64,000 nucleotides of DNA, from the NCBI GenBank assembly GCA_026770705.1, contig JANJGN010000036.1:3472001-3536000 (forward strand), given 5' to 3'. The notes beneath the pieces are model-generated. The model did no database searches. It saw only the letters and a program-made list of their open reading frames with translations, and was not told the origin of the DNA. Origin of the DNA: Isurus oxyrinchus. Taxonomy: Eukaryota. Positions 62,730-64,000 of this stretch are shown one piece after another. Every line of letters begins with the position of its first letter. The stretch's first letter is position 1. The position numbers were made by a program, and so were the translations under genes.

Positions 62730-63305
62730 TGCACACACACAGTCGCAATCACACAGATGCATTCTCACACGCACACACCTTCTCTCTCTTACAGACACCA
62801 ATTCCCTCTTTTTCTCTCTAACACACACACCAACACCTTCACCCAGACACACAGTCACACACATACACACACACTCTCTCTCACTCACACACACGCACTC
62901 ACACAGCCACATTCTTCCTCACACGCACACAGATTCTCTTACAGACACCAATTCTCTCTTTCTCACACTATCACTCTCTCTCTCTCACACACACGGTCAC
63001 ACACATACACACACACACATTCTCTCTCTCTCCCACACAGACACACACAAACACCTTCACACATGCACACACAGTCTCACACACACATTCTCTCTCTCTC
63101 TCATTCACACACACACATAGACACACACACTCTCTCTCTCTCCCTCTCTCATACACACACTCTCACACACATGAGCACCTTCACGCACACACACAATCTC
63201 ACACAAATATTCTCTCTCTCACTCCTCCACACACATTCTCCTTTCTCTCACACACACAGTCACACTCACACAAATATATTTTCTCTCTCTCACACACAAA
63301 CACAA
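62730..63305. repeat. Degenerate (CA)n/(CT)n microsatellite
   Basis: Direct reading. Confidence 0.9.
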
Positions 63306-64000
63306 ACAAAGGAGAGATGGCAGCTAACCACTGAATTGAAGGTGTGAGTCGTGTTCACAATGTGTTCAAATCTGGAAAACAGGGCTGACCCTGAAAGCAC
63401 AAAGTTATCAATAGCTGCATTGGGCTGCTGTGAATTAAAATACTGTTTTCTCTAAGACTGAATGTGTTATAAAAGAAAATGTCCTGGATGGAGTGATTCA
63501 CTACCGTCTGCTACTGCATACAGCATTTGGCCATTTTAAGTTGGTTCGTGGTGGCAATTTTTACACCAAATTCCTGTTTCATCACAGCAAGACTTCCTTA
63601 ATATTGTAGACCAATTGATGGGACAGTGTAGATGGAGCTTGACCCTCTGTATAACCCTGTGTTGTTCTTCTACATTATCAATATTATAACATCTTCTTGT
63701 AACATTAAGTTTCCCTGAGTACTGAGTGTAACAACATTTGCAGCAGGCCAAAATATATTATTCCTGGTGTTTCTATTATCTGAATCCAGCTGTCAATTCT
63801 CTCCTAATGTTGCTAATTTTGCCCTGACAGGCAGGGGAATAGAGTTCAGCCTCTCAGTGATTTTCCAGATTTAACAATTAAAGATTTTAAATGGGGGTTT
63901 TATGGGGGAATGTTGCAGTGATGAGGGGTGAACCTACCAAATCTAGAGCCCCTTTGATGTCAAGGAGCATACAGGACAGGAGAAGGCAACATAGGAACGT

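Noticed and set aside
59810-63347. Long His/Thr/Ser/Leu-rich ORFs (up to 332 aa)
   Set aside because: They are products of 16-bp and CA/CT repeats that lack stop codons, with no coding features.

Overview
Eukaryotic, repeat-rich vertebrate DNA with four N-gaps. It is most likely from a cartilaginous fish (inferred from the CR1, Deu-SINE and Penelope-type repeats and a two-exon GPR139-like receptor). Most ORFs in the track are microsatellite or repeat artefacts. The main system is a cluster of non-rearranging, antigen-receptor-like Ig-superfamily genes (leader / germline-fused V-J / C1 / TM / cytoplasmic tail with a YxxL motif), reconstructed by hand from splice signals. Gene A (+, 29320-34232) has intact L, VJ (YYC...FGNGS) and C1 exons, but its TM exon is one base short. 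Gene B (-, 22239-26893) lies head-to-head with A, 2.4 kb away, and is a pseudogene. Gene C (+, ~36773-37550) is a heavily decayed third paralog, split by a Penelope-type insertion with an 11-bp TSD. A and B both have a stalk Cys, an uncharged TM core and a tail Tyr motif (TLYARL, PLYASL). All three have AAACAGGAAA plus a RUNX site upstream. The architecture resembles the PRARP/VJC1-type genes (recalled, not verified by search). Also present: a GPR139/142-like GPCR pseudogene (-, 17753-19813), a ~6.5-kb diverged segmental duplication (1245-7735 vs 39204-44070), an orphan CpG-rich promoter (~13.1 kb), a tRNA-Thr-like SINE with a TSD, hammerhead-like Penelope repeats, and several minisatellites.
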